DNA from: Marsupella aquatica
Lineage: Eukaryota; Plantae; Marchantiophyta
NCBI GenBank assembly: GCA_973895155.1
Contig: OZ316892.1
Span: forward strand, 2,731,223 to 2,795,222
Direction: 5' to 3'
Length of the DNA: 64,000 bases
Each line of letters begins with the position of its first letter. Positions within the stretch are counted from its first letter, which is position 1. The notes under the pieces are model-generated. The model did not search any database. It was not told where the DNA came from and saw nothing but the letters and a program-made list of their open reading frames with translations. The translations under genes were made by a program, and so were the position numbers. Shown one piece after another: positions 51,916 to 64,000 of this stretch.

Positions 51916-52545
51916 TTACTCCATGGGCAACCGACGTTTGCGGCACGCATTACGGCCCAATTCGGGTTTGGCCGATCGGGGGCCCCGGGCGACGATGGGA
52001 TCTAAGGGCCTAGGCATGAGCACTGGGTCGGCCCGATCATAACGGGCTAAGGCACTCCACTTATGGAAGTCTAAGTAGAAATTTATGGGCATAGCCAGTT
52101 GGTGGCGCGCCCAAACATGCGGGTTGGGGTCCAAGTGGGGGTGCCATGGATTCTCGGGGTGTGTGGGGGGCTAGCTCGCCCGCTTACCAAATCCTGTCGA
52201 AACAGTAGCCAAGTCGCATTCAGTCTCCCAAGGAAGCTTACGTTGAGGAGGCAAGGCCAAGTAGGCATGGAGGATGAGTTCCAAGTGCACTTGGCCCCTA
52301 GGCTACCAGTGGGTGAGAACCGGGAGTTGGTTGCTAGAGTCGAGACCTTTTTGGTCCCGGTGTGTTGGGATAAGCTTTGGGACAAGCTACGCTACTTGGG
52401 CCATGAGCATGTCCTGGGGGCAGGGTCGTCAGTCGGTGATGGTTAGGTACGAGGGGGAACCCGGGCTGCACCCAAGGAAGGAGCTGTTCTGGATGAACAG
52501 CGGGTGTCGGTTCTGGTTCCGGCTTATGGCATCGGGAGGACCTAT
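51916..52545 (-). pseudogene. Decayed GC-rich reading frame of unknown, probably TE, origin
   Basis: About 200 codons of mostly one minus-strand frame, broken by a few TAG codons, in a GC-rich island within AT-rich DNA. No recognisable domain. Confidence 0.3.
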
Positions 52546-53404
52546 TGCTAACCTACTTACCAATGTCTATTGAGCTTGAGTTAGGATGCTAGACTTGGGA
52601 GATCTAGATCCTAAGGTGTTACTTACTGGAGTGTTTGGATGCTCGTGCAGACAGTGAGGACCGTTGAGCAACGGTCATACTAGAGAGCGAGCGCGGCTTC
52701 GTATGGGAGGGGTCGCGGGTGGTGTTGAGGGTACCAAGTTGCTTGCTCGAGGAGTTCCGTGGAGGCGTCCACACACCAAGGGCACTTAGGCGTGGGTGCT
52801 GGGATTGGTGAGGGTGTTGGGTGGCAAGGTTCACCACTCATTTAATGCAGTTATGGCATTCAAAGTGTCTGCTGTCCATCCACCCCAAAACACATTTCCA
52901 GGGATTTGCCTAGCTGAATTTTCTTTGGGTGGGGAAAGGGATACTTCAATGAAATGAAAGACCACTTGTCTCCTCCTCAACAACCCTGAATTGATTTCTG
53001 ATTTGGTGACTTGAATGTAGTGGTCCTTTCAGGATGAAATTCTCATCCTAGGCTTTGATGTTCAGACTTTCTGTCAAATTAGAGCACCCTCACCTGTTGG
53101 GGAATGCACAGTTGAGGACTACTTAGCATTCAGCCTTTGTTACTATCATTTCTTTTATCCCCAATGGCCTGTACCAAATGTAAACCCTGGCTCCCAGCCC
53201 ATCATAAGTTATCTCCCATATGCCGGAACTGGTGCATTTGGGAGTGCCATAGTGTTGAAGCCATCTCTTGCCAAACACTTTGGACAACAGCAATAGTCCA
53301 ATCTTGAGACACCCTGGACAGCCATGGCGACAGATAAACTGCCAGAATGTACCTAAAGGGAGTTTTCATTGGGTCTCGGTAACTACACATGAAAATATGA
53401 CATA

Positions 53405-53750
53405 TACAGCGTACTACATACTTCCATATAGTGTACTACATCCTTCCATACCATGATAAACCTCCTTATTTTGTTTACGGCATACTACTGTACATATTTC
53501 CATATAGTGTACTACATACTTCCATACCATGATAAACCTCCTTATTTTGTTTAAAAATAAACGAGTGCCTTCCATACCATGATAAATCTCTTTATTTTTA
53601 AAAAAATCAATGAGTGCAACTGTATATTATCACATTTTGATGTATGATTGCCAACAGGGGTATTGATTTTCCTTATTTTTAAAAAAATCAATGAGTGCAA
53701 CTGTATATTATCACATTTTGATGTATGATTGCCAACAGGGGTATTGATTT
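53405..53750. repeat. Nested tandem duplications including an 81-bp near-perfect pair
   Basis: CTTCCATACCATGATAAA occurs three times. TGAGTGCAACTGTATATTATCACATTTTGATGTATGATTGCCAACAGGGGTATTGATTT at 53611 and 53692. Confidence 0.85.
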
Positions 53751-54593
53751 GGGTGGGGCAGTGAGAACACTTTCTGCCAAGGACAAGTGGGGCGTGACAC
53801 ATGGAGATGCTCTTAGTCACTACCGGGTCGTCATGCCCCTCCACTATATTTATGGTTTTATCTAGCTTCTCACATTTGTCATGGCAATTGACTATTGCTC
53901 TTTTAGTGATTCCTTGGGCCCATTGCTTCGAGTCTGTATGGCACTTGGTCCACACCACACACCAACACACCTCGTGGGACTGTGGGAGAGGGGGTGTTTG
54001 ACTCTTTATTGCTCAGAGACAAAGAAATGAAGGAGCATCCGAGTTTGGTGGAATTTGGGAGGTTGGTAAACGTTGGGGGTTGTTGTACTGTTATTACAAC
54101 TTTGAAGATCCGCAGCTTGGGCTCTCCCTTGTGCAAATCAGTTTTCTTTAGTTGATTCCCAGTGTCCACCATTTCTCACACTTGAGATCGCCGAGTCCTC
54201 TCCAGGACGACCAATATAGCGACGTACATGATTCTTCCATCTGGCCGTTTTCCAAGTCTCGATCAATACCGTTGTCACTGGACATTGGCACTGAAATGCC
54301 CCTGGATCGATTGGGAAACAAGCTGGATCCTCTCTTCAAACGTTGAGAGATCTAGCATCGATTTGAGAGCAGAGAGCTCTACGACTGTGGGAGCCTTTCA
54401 ATCTCACAGACACTCTCAAAGAACTTTAGGAGATCTGGCATTGATTTGCTCTACGACTGTGGGAGCCTTTCACTCTTAGTGGCACTCTCAAAGGGTGATC
54501 TTTGGAGAGAACACCGCAGCAGCACCCAGCAGCAAAGTTGATCGGAGCAGAGAAGATCAGAGGAGAGAAGAGGAGACGTGAGGAGGGACGAAG

Positions 54594-55331
54594 ATGGCAA
54601 CGCACATAGCTGGAAACCCACCAGTGGAGAAGGACAGTGTGAGCGCAACAGCGAACGGCCAGAAGGTGGTACCTTCTACTTCTGACCCATCCAAAAAATT
54701 ACGGATCTTGTGCATTCACGGATTCAGGACCAGCGGCAAAATCTTAGCCCAGCAGATTCAGTTGGCCAACTGGGGTGGGCTCATCGACGACATTGCGGAA
54801 TTGGATTTCTTGGATGGTCCATGGCCTGCAGCTGGGAAATCTGCGGTAGAGAAGATATTTGACGGTCCATACCATGAATGGTATCAATCCAGTGATGACT
54901 TCATAGAGGTCACTGGTGTGGAAGAAGCAACTTCGCATTTCATGGATTACCTGTCGTTGAATGGGCCCTTCGATGGTCTTCTGGGATTTTCCCAGGGAGG
55001 AGTATTGGCAGCTGTTTGGATTGGACTTTCTGAAAAGGGTTTGGGGCCGAAGCTGCCAAACATCAGATTTGTGATTGAGGTTGGCGGGGGTCGAGGCAGG
55101 GGTAAACCTTTCCAACCTGCTTATGATGGCACCATCCAATGTCCTTCGATACACTTTTTGGGTGACAAAGACTTCTTCAAATCGTTTGGTGAAGAGTTAA
55201 TCCCCTTATTTAAGGACCCAGTCGTTATCAACCATACATTTGGCCATGTTGTTCCGAAACTAAGGGCCAGTCAGGCACAGATCTTCAGGGACTTCTTGCT
55301 GAAACAACTGAAGGAAAAAACTGCTTCTTGA
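54594..55331 (+). CDS. FSH1/OVCA2-family serine hydrolase, single coding exon
   Basis: LRILCIHGFRTSG, GPFDGLLGFSQGG (Ser), SIHFLGDKD (Asp), GHVVP (His). Confidence 0.92.
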   Translation: MATHIAGNPPVEKDSVSATANGQKVVPSTSDPSKKLRILCIHGFRTSGKILAQQIQLANWGGLIDDIAELDFLDGPWPAAGKSAVEKIFDGPYHEWYQSSDDFIEVTGVEEATSHFMDYLSLNGPFDGLLGFSQGGVLAAVWIGLSEKGLGPKLPNIRFVIEVGGGRGRGKPFQPAYDGTIQCPSIHFLGDKDFFKSFGEELIPLFKDPVVINHTFGHVVPKLRASQAQIFRDFLLKQLKEKTAS

Positions 55332-56384
55332 GAGGCAAAGGATGTTTAGTAGGGCAACATTGTCCGAGAATCCCTCCTAATCCTGTCTTTACTTGGCACG
55401 GATTGTGGGCCTTAATTGGGATTTATACTGCCCAGTATTTCAATTGCAAACAATTTGTGTCTGGACAAGAGTAAAAATTGATATAAGTTTCCAGGCGAGC
55501 AAAGGTAGTTAGTAAGGGATGGCCGAGCCGTGAGTGCTGTCCTGAATCTGAAAGGGCAGATGATAGTATCATCTTGCAATACCTTGATTTGGAACAGAGT
55601 CTTGGCATTGTGAAATGTACATAGAAATTAAATCAACTCACGCATTCTTTGTCTTCTATGCATTCTTGAAGTCATTCCTGAACTCGTTGTAGTTTATCTG
55701 TCATGTCCGCCCAGGGCTGTCTTTAGTAGGGCAAGCTCCTCGCGACATTTTTTCATATCTAGATCCATTTTGTGCTAGGCTCATATCCTAAAGCATTTGA
55801 GAATACCTTCTATGCTGGACCTCGATGCAAGAATGACATTTCAGGCTCAAGGCAGTTGACTGGCAAGAATCTCAATTTTATTTGAGATTATGCACTCTAA
55901 AATGGATTTGGATTTTCTTCATAGGACATGTAGGAATCTCCTGCAAATGTTCAATGTGTTTATAGGATTGAATTTGTTGACTATTATCTGTTTAAACTGG
56001 ACTAAGTTGGTGCTGATCAATTTATGAGAACTTCACCATTCAAATTATAAGATTGATTTAGCCGGCATAATAAGAATGTTGTTAAGAACATGTAAACAAG
56101 CTTCTTCGTTGCTCTGCATTGTCACTTCTTACTACACGCCTCATAGCTGAAAAGATGCTTTTTGCATTAGCTAGTTTACGACACTAATTAATATTGCTAG
56201 CTTGTCGCAACCTGTACTGTAGTTTGACGAAGTTTGAGATGAGGGTGCTCTTGCAGTCACCACACAATACCCAGGTTGCCAACAGAACTAAAGCCGCAAC
56301 AATTGTCGATTGGAAATGCAATAAAACGTAGTAACAGTCAGACTTAGATTAGTTCCATGCAAAAGATTTCCCACCAAGAACACA

Positions 56385-56610
56385 GCAGACAAATGCTACA
56401 TTCGAGCAGAAGTCAATACTCAGGAGAGTAGTTAAGGCTGAATATATAATTATAGACTGAGTTGAAAATGAGTAAATAGGAGAACTGAACTGGCCGACTT
56501 ATAAGGTTTCACACCAAGTATACAACAGACAAATCCTGCATTCGAGCAGAAGTCAATACTCAGGAGAGGAGTTAAAGGTAGAATATATAATTACAGACTG
56601 AGCAGTAGAA
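56385..56610. repeat. Direct duplication offset by ~140 bp
   Basis: CAGACAAAT..CATTCGAGCAGAAGTCAATACTCAGGAGAG..GAATATATAATTA occurs twice. Confidence 0.8.
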
Positions 56611-57295
56611 TTGAACTGGCCAACTTGACCTCTCAAATCGGTGCAGTGCCACTAACCCTTACAACCAACATTTACTGGAAATCACGGGGCTACATGCAGG
56701 TTGCAAAATGCTTCAAAGGCGCTCTGGATCCGAACGTGTGATTGTGTCCCTGAAGAGCACCCTAAGCGAATCACTAGCTGCTTTTAAGAATTGAGCTTCA
56801 TAATGCAGAATTGGGGACTATCTGTTTCAACACGAAAGCAAGACTCTTTTAGCAGTTCACTCCGCAGTACTTAAGCCCTGGTTTATGGTCCCTGGTTTTG
56901 ACATGCTGTAATTCTGCTTTGGCCCAAGGCATTCAACTCCTCTTCCAAGTCTCTGACGAAAAGTAATAGAGAACACTTGTCACAAACACTCCCAAGCCAG
57001 TCAAGATCTTGCATATGGCCGGACCTGCAGGTAATTACCAATCAACATTGAATGAGTTGTCGCACACATGTTAACGATTTCTCAAGCCAAACTTGACAAA
57101 CAGAAGCCCATACACCCAACAACATCTCGTGCCTTTATTTTCAAGTTGCTGTCGAAGACCGACTTCATTATGAAGCCTTTCCCTTGGTACAAAGCCATTG
57201 CAAACTGCAGACGAGGAAGTCCACCGAGTTACATTCCAAATTGACAGGTAAGTAGTAGGTCTCGTACCCAGCACACAGAGGAATGTCTTCTTTCT

Positions 57296-60200
57296 TCAAT
57301 CTCTTATCCCTTCAAACCTTTCCAGATTCCGCCACTTGTCTTTAAGATCAACCTGTGCAATTGAACAGACGAGGGGAGTAATGAATACAGAAAATCTCTA
57401 ACAAGGCATGCAGTGTAGCCTTTCCAAATTTTGAGGATGCTGGTAGTACAAACGACCCATGAGATCCAGATATAATCTGCTTTATCTCAGCAAAGAGATG
57501 TGAGTTATTCTAACGACACTGCTCTAAGCCCCTCTTCCGCATCGAGCTCTTTCTCTATATTCCCCTACAGATTGCAGGAAGATCTCCCACTTTTCCCCCC
57601 TGCAAAGCGATGATGTCAACTTCATAAACATGCAACAGCTACCTCCGTACGTCCGTGAAAAGTTTCCACGTTCTTCTGCAGAATCAACTTCCAGCGCCCC
57701 TTTCCGTGCCTGCAAGTACCAAAGTTACAGTATCAATGAGAAACTAATACAGAGCATCAATTACTGGCATCACCACGAGCCAAATAATCGAGTGAAGAAT
57801 GCCAGAGTATAGTTTAATGAGAAACTAATTTAGCAGGCCTTTCAAGTGGATAATAATGGGCCCAACTGCCGTAAAGAACGTGAGGATCACGGTATTGACA
57901 TTACTATGCATTCAACTTTGAGAACTTGGTTTAAAATACCATTTGAAATGGAGAAAGCAATTCTTCACATGGTAAGGATACTCACTTGCTCACTTCCCTT
58001 TTAAGGCTCTCGACTTCTTTCTCGGACCATCTCCGGGGTTTTCTGCGGGCATGTTTCGTATTTATGGTCCCACTTGTCGTTGAACCAACTAACGGTGAGA
58101 TCTTTCTTTCTGCAGTAGGATGGGGCAATCGTACACGTCTGGATGCTGAAGGAGAACTAGATGGACTGTCTTCTATGTCGTCGTCGTCTTCCCACTGCAA
58201 AGACATGAAAAACTGTCACCGGAGAGTAATGTGCACTATATGCATTGCATTTGAACAGACTAATGTTAAATGACACGTAGCAATTCTTATACGTGAGCGA
58301 AAATTAACCTGAACAAGCCTCAAAAATTGCACACGAGAGCAAGAGTGGAGGAAACGCATTGTCCATCCACCTCTACAGTGCGAGCTGTAGGATTACGCTC
58401 CAGTAGACTGCCTTTGGATCGAGACGTGGTTAATATCTTAGGAAGAGGGTCCTTGACAACTGCATCAAGTACTCGTTGTTTACTCCTCAAGTTTCGTTGG
58501 GTTGACACAGTTTCGGGGCTTTGATTGCTACGAGTTGTTGGAGCCGGAGCCGCAGCTTCAGCACTCCTGCATTCTTCGTTACGAGTGGCAGCGTCTGCCT
58601 CTTCTTGGATTGACCCGTGCCTTCTCTTTCTTCTCATGCTCGGGGCGACGACCCCCTCTGCGCCAGGAACTGCTGGCGATCCTTCTACTGCCACCAAGCC
58701 TCAGCAGTTTAGAGACAAACTAGTAAATTGCTGCAACGACCAGCAAAGAACGTAACAGCTATTTGAGAGATGATCGAGTCCGAAAAGAAGTGGTTTTGAG
58801 TTAAGGATGTTCCAGCATATACCCCATGGAGGTAGGCTGAAGCAGACAGTCGGGTTTGAATCCGTAACTTTCGGAGACGATTGAGGCACAATATTTTCTT
58901 TGTTGACCAACTCGTGGGGACTTCCTGGTTCAGCATCCCGCAAATCCGTTTTCTCTGGACTGCCGGCTTCCTTCGTCCTTTTCTCGTCATCAGTAGTTGA
59001 TATTTCTTTTTCTTCAGAAAGGTCAATCAGAGTGGAATCTCCTGCGGCCTTGGCCTTTATCATTTTCTCATCGTCAGCAGTTGACATTTCTTTGTCTACG
59101 GAAGGTTCAATCACATTAGAGTCCCCTGGGGCTTTAGCCCGGTCTGGTACACAGAGTATGGGACTTTCTCCGGTAACGTTCACATCACGCCCTCCGCCAT
59201 TAACAGTCTCAGTATCTTTTGGCTGGTGCAATAGATGTTCCGCTTCAGTAGCCTCTATATCTGCTCTCACATCGTCTTCTTTTTCTTGACATGGCTGCTG
59301 TGCACCCTCAACTTCTCGACAATTGGGGTATTCAAATTCTAAGACACGAGCTACACTCCGATCAAATCTTAGAGACTTGCCATTGATCTCAAGCCCTCCC
59401 TCAGTTGAAAGGGAAGGCCTTACTTCGCCACCCTCCAAAGTCTTATTTTTCAGATTGACCCCATCTTCATCTCCACGATCTCGATCTCGATCGGGTTCGC
59501 TAGCTCCTCCTCCTGCTTCCTCTGCCCGTTTTTCCTCGCCATCCCCAGCCCTATGATCGTTGGGCAGTTTTGCAGTGGCTCCGCCTGTTACGTCACCATC
59601 GTCCAGATCCCAAATTGCAAAGCTTTTCTGTAACTTTTCACGGCTCCGTGAGTATCGACCCCGTGAGGCTCTTATCCAGGGTTTTTCGCTTGTAACCTTA
59701 CTTTGCTGTCCTGCATCTCCATCCACCGATGGACTTTCTACCTTCTTAGACCGTTGGCCGTTACAATTCACCGGTTTATACTTCCCATTTATCACGTCTG
59801 CGCTTACTCTTTCTAAAAACGTTTGGCCGGTGGCGGCCCACGCTTTCTCCAAATAAAACTTAAGCAAATTCTCTACTCTCGCCTTTGTGTATTTCTGTGC
59901 GACACCGTCCAGTAGCTCAGGATTTCTCCGAACCATCCCCAGCTCAATTTTGATTTGGTCCCTCACTCTCGCCATTTCTGGAATACTAGCCCCATGCCAA
60001 CCTTCCGAGTTGTCTGAAGAATCCCCCCAATACTTAGCTACTGCGGATTCAAACGATTTCCTATCAGGAGATTTCCCTCTCAAATGCTTGACAGCCAACT
60101 CCAACATTACTGCCAACTCGAGATCGCAGTGCTTTCGAGATTGGTCGGGACTGAAAAAATGGTTCCCTGGAAGATTCCCGGTAACATCCGGAGTTCCAGC

Positions 60201-60794
60201 ACTATCAGCATCTCCCATTTCCGTGGTTCCTTTGCTCAGGTTTTCCAGAACTGGGTCTCCTCCGCCCAAACTCCTCGGAAGTGCCCTCCCTTTCATCCAG
60301 TCTCTAATTCCAACAACCGTCTGTGCCGACATTGGCCTCCCATTTGTCAAGTCTCTAATTTCAACAGCCGCCTCTGCAGGGACAGCGTCCTTACTGATTT
60401 CCATACGTTGCGAGTTCCGGGGTGTCACACTCCCGTCCTTCATTTGAGGGGTGAAAGAGTTGGTTGCTTCGTTATCATTGCTTCCGTACTCCGAAACCTT
60501 TCGCCTCTTCGACACGTCCTGACAGCTAGAATCCCCTGCAAGTCTTTCACTTCTTGTCACTGCCGAAACCCTTCCGAGGTACCCGAGCCCCCTCAGTATG
60601 TCTAGCGTGAGTTCATCGATCATCCCTGCTGAAACTTGCAACGAAAGTGACCTCAACAAGAGCATTCTTTTGAGGTCCAAGTTCTCGTCGGGGAACGGGA
60701 AGGCGTTCATCAACTCCTGAATCATTCGTGCATCGCTGCAATTCTTTAGGAAAAACTCCCAAACCCATTCTATCTGTTTCACGTCCACAGACAT
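57296..60794 (-). CDS. TRF-like protein with C-terminal telobox Myb domain, 5 exons
   Basis: ATG at 60794 (MSVDVKQIEWVWEFFL..LKRMLLLRSL), LLERNPTARTVEW, and spliced Myb RRWSEKEVESLKREVSKHGKGRWKLIL..FHGRTEVDLKDKWRNL, stop at 57296-57298. Boundaries of the first intron (~58822-58700) are uncertain. Confidence 0.9.
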
Positions 60795-61198
60795 CCTCCT
60801 CCTCCTCCTCCTCCTCCTCCTCCTCTTTGCTTTCTGTCTCGCTAATTTCCCCCTGCTACCAGAGAACATGAGATATTCAACAGCGAACAAACAATGAGCA
60901 CAGAAGGAAAAACATCAACTCCCTCTCTCTCCGGCTATTATGAGGACCAGACCTTCGTGCATTGTTTTTGAGGAGTCTCTCCCTCTCTCTCTCCGGCTAA
61001 TGAGGACCAGAGCTTCCTGCATTGATTTCCCCCTGCTACCAGAGAGAACATGAGACATTCAACAGCGAACAACCAAAGAGCACAGAAGGAAAAACATCAA
61101 CTCCATCTCTCTCCGGCTATGATGAGGACCAGACCTTGGTGCATTGTTTTTGAGGAGTCTCTCCCTCTCTCTCTCCGGCTAATGAGGACCAGAGCTCC
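60795..61198. repeat. (CCT)n tract plus a 180-bp tandem duplication upstream of the TRF-like ATG
   Basis: CCT repeat 60795-60824. ATTTCCCCCTGCTACCAGAG.. at 60845 and 61025. Confidence 0.9.
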
Positions 61199-61395
61199 GA
61201 GCATTGGTTCGGAGGAGTGTGATCGACGAGATGGAGGCAGAGGACACTTGTAATTCTCGAAGCTTTCACTCGTTGTAGAGCTCTTTGCTCTGGACCTCGG
61301 ACGGTTCACTCCTCCTGTCATTGTGATGTGCTCTCTGTCCCGCGCCTCCTCTTTGTGTGTCACCGGAGTTCGTAAACCCTTCTTGAATTTTTTCC

Positions 61396-61735
61396 TGTGT
61401 ACAAGGTTATGAGGCATTGCCCCGGGTCAAGCCAAAGGTTATGAGAGAGATTAACCCCGGGTGTGTACAAGGTTATGAGGCATTTTGCCCCCAGGTCAAG
61501 CCAAAGGTTATGAGGCATTAACCCCGGGTGTGTACAAGGTTATGAGGCCATTACCCCGGGTGAAGCCACAAGATTATGAGGCATTGCTCCCGGGTCAAGC
61601 CAAAGGTTGTGAGGCATTAACCCTGGGTGTGTACGGGGTTATGAGGCATTGTCCTTGAGTCAAGCCAAAGGTTATGAGGCATTAACCTGGGTGAAGCCAC
61701 AAGGTTATGAGACATGACCCCAGGTGAAGCCACAG
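61396..61735. repeat. ~30-33-bp minisatellite, ~11 copies
   Basis: Recurrent CCCCGGGT(CAAGCCAA/GTGTACA)AGGTTATGAGGCATT. Confidence 0.9.
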
Positions 61736-62804
61736 AACCCCTGGACCAGCCTGGCCTGGAGGTTATGAAATTTGAATGAGAAATAGAATAAAGTGCAAAT
61801 GTAAAGTGCAAATGGCAGACACTGAGTGATCAGATTTTTCCTATGCAAAACTGAACTGAAGGATGTGTAAAAATTCACGCAGGTTGTATGCTCGGTAATT
61901 CATCCCCACTTGGGGATAATGGCTGTAACACCCTCGGGCTCAGCGCCCTCAGGGATTACAGCCCATTACCCCCTCTTGGGGATGGGTTGCCCTACACTAC
62001 ATTTCACTATGAGCTGAGAGAGTTTTGAGTGGGAGGCAGCGTTTTTTGTAGAGGCAAAAATTGGCCAACTTCATCTCCCCAAAAGCTTAGCCACTTTTTG
62101 CTAAAATTCGCTAGTGTTTTACTGTCTCAGTAGCCAGTGTCCCACCTAGTCACAGGCCCCATTAGCCAGAATCTAATGGTCACCGTTAACTCTAGGGAGA
62201 TCTGACACTAGGGAAATAACCAGATAAGGAAGATTTTGAGCATCTTCTCCTTCACACACAGAATATTTACTCACTGGCAAAAAAGCAAAAAACCTAAAAC
62301 ATAAGCTGGTGGCGGGGGCAGGGGGGGAGGGCAGTGCGGTATTGGGTTGGTGTTAGGTGTTGGTGATCTTGGGGAGCTGCGCTGTTTTGGATTGGGGGTG
62401 GTGTTTCATATAGTCTGAGATTCTTCGCTTAAGCTCCTCTCCTTGTTGTGTTTTCTCTATTCTGTTGTTTAGTTTTTTATTTTTGTCATTTCTTTGTCTT
62501 GGCCTTGCTTCCCAGATAGGTATTTTGGCTTCCTCTCCTTGTTGCGTTCTCTCTACTTTTTCTGTTGTTTAGTTTTTTATTTTCATCATTTCTTTGTCTT
62601 CGCCTTGCTTCCAGAGATGGAGTCTTCTCGTTTGTGTCTTTATTAGAGTGGTTTTTTTGCTTGTTTTTTGTAATTAATGACCCCCAATAGCTTGTTAGGG
62701 GAAGACGATAGAACTCGATTGGAAAAAACTGGACTCCCTTGCAGATCATGCTCGATTTTTCACTCCATCGTTTCTCTTATGAATCTCTTCAGGAACATAA
62801 AGTA

Positions 62805-62909
62805 ACGCCTCCCTGAGCTATATATGCAGAGTTTTCGCCACCCTGAGCTATAGATGCAGAGTTTTCGCCTCCCTGAGCTATAGTTCCTCCATCGGCAGTC
62901 TCATTCTCT

Positions 62910-62941
<32 letters not shown>
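62805..62941. repeat. 30-bp repeat (~3 copies) and (CT)n microsatellite
   Basis: CGCC.CCCTGAGCTATA three times, then a TC run at ~62900-62941. Confidence 0.85.
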
Positions 62942-63365
62942 GAGCAGCTGATCAAATCCGCTGATGAGGATGGTCGATGAGATTCGGTTCTGCAATTGAG
63001 CCCTGTGGGTTGCAAAACAATACTGCCAGCAATTCTGTAGCAAGTAGGGCGGCAGTGTGTAGGCACACTATGGTGTGGTGGTTTGGTAATAGATGACGTT
63101 TTAGTCCATGACAACATGCTTCCAAGAGAATACGAACTCAACAGCCGTTTGGTCATCAGAGGAGTAGATGCCACTCAATATCCCTCTCTTTGGTCTCTGA
63201 ACTCTTCTTCCCGTACTGGAATCGGCACGTAGGAGGGTTTGATAATCAGATGTAGGGTTTAGGCAGAATTTGGGAAGCGTAGGGACATCTTTGCGAAGGA
63301 CTAGTCTGGTCGATGTGGGGCAAAATCGTTTCGAGCAGGACTCCGTGAGGAGTGACAATTCTGCA

Positions 63366-63962
63366 ATGGTTTCAATTGATGTGGGAGAGGATGCCATTTA
63401 TGCCCTGTCAGCCATCGACACCTCGGCTGATGATAGCCATTTGGAAGCACTCGGAATGGCAGCCCTGGCGGTCATATTAGGGTTGGAGAGGGAAGACACT
63501 GCTCTCGTGGGGCCTAAATTTGAAGAAATGGATGTGGATTTCATCAAGAGTATCTATTCCGCCCTGGTATGTGTGTTCCTCGAGGCATCCAAAAATGATG
63601 TTTCTCAAACAGAGATTCTCTCGTTTCTGAGAAGTGAGTGTGGGTTCACGGAGGCCAAAGGGGAGATCATTTCTCGGCAATTTGCAGAGAGAAAGGATGA
63701 GCTTCGAGGTCTTCTGGCCCAAACTGGGAATCACAGCTACCTTCCCCAGCTGGAGAGTGTTGACTGGAAGCTGGAGTATTGTATGCCTTCACCTGATAAT
63801 GGGAGCGTGAGGGAGCTTTTGTATCGTGTAGGGTTGAAGCTCATCGATAGGGAGAAAGGCCAGGAAGACAGGATTGAGTTCATTGCAAGCGTGGAGGAAT
63901 TGCAGGAGCTTGTGTCTGGGTTGAAGGATGCTTGCAAGTCAGTGGAAAGAGCCCTTAGATGA
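63366..63962 (+). CDS. COMMD3: COMM domain-containing protein 3
   Basis: ATG at 63366. FLEASK, LPQLESVDWKLEY, YRVGLKL and IEFIASVEELQELVSGLKDACKSVER match recalled COMMD3 (LPHITDVSWRLEY..LQDLVGKLKDASKSLER). Confidence 0.85.
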   Translation: MVSIDVGEDAIYALSAIDTSADDSHLEALGMAALAVILGLEREDTALVGPKFEEMDVDFIKSIYSALVCVFLEASKNDVSQTEILSFLRSECGFTEAKGEIISRQFAERKDELRGLLAQTGNHSYLPQLESVDWKLEYCMPSPDNGSVRELLYRVGLKLIDREKGQEDRIEFIASVEELQELVSGLKDACKSVERALR

Positions 63963-64000
63963 GCGATTTTTTACGCTCACTTGCCGAAAATCACTCACCA

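Noticed and set aside
53750-54360. Possible MULE/SWIM-type transposase relic on the minus strand
   Set aside because: Only faint Cys/His scraps across several frameshifts; not supportable by eye.
60795-60890. Poly-Arg N-terminal extension of the 729-aa ORF
   Set aside because: Non-ATG start; the Arg run is the (CCT)n microsatellite. Recognisable family sequence begins at ATG 60794, although an upstream ATG near 60869 cannot be excluded.
63270-63365. N-terminal extension of COMMD3 in the ORF track
   Set aside because: Starts at TTG; ATG 63366 gives a length typical of COMMD3.

Overview
Eukaryotic, intron-containing plant DNA. A non-seed plant, probably a liverwort-like bryophyte, is inferred from a hydrolase-NLR, a COMMD gene and a PHD-bearing Gypsy element. 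The left ~25 kb is a nest of transposons: the 3' end of a Gypsy element whose integrase ends in a PHD finger, then a decayed Tnt1-like Copia element. The Copia is split in its post-integrase frame by a complete 17.4-kb CACTA (En/Spm) element (4962-22375, TIRs CACTAGAAGAA, TSD CCT). The CACTA is the most interesting object. Besides TnpD- and TnpA-like genes it carries three co-oriented, uninterrupted cargo ORFs: a Cys-rich PHD-like ORF, a stand-alone EDM2-like composite PHD module and a tandem DNA-polymerase-lambda-like BRCT protein. Its TnpA-like gene also has a GW/WG-rich region resembling an Argonaute hook, and the element contains ubiquitin relics. Together these suggest a transposon-encoded anti-silencing/repair toolkit (inference). 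The right ~39 kb holds host genes: PPIL2/CYP65, a peroxisomal acyl-activating enzyme, an alpha/beta-hydrolase-NB-ARC-LRR receptor with a Cys at the nucleophile position, an FSH1-type serine hydrolase, a TRF-like Myb gene and COMMD3, interspersed with tandem repeats, hairpins and TE relics. Family assignments come from motifs recognised by eye; no database searches were run.
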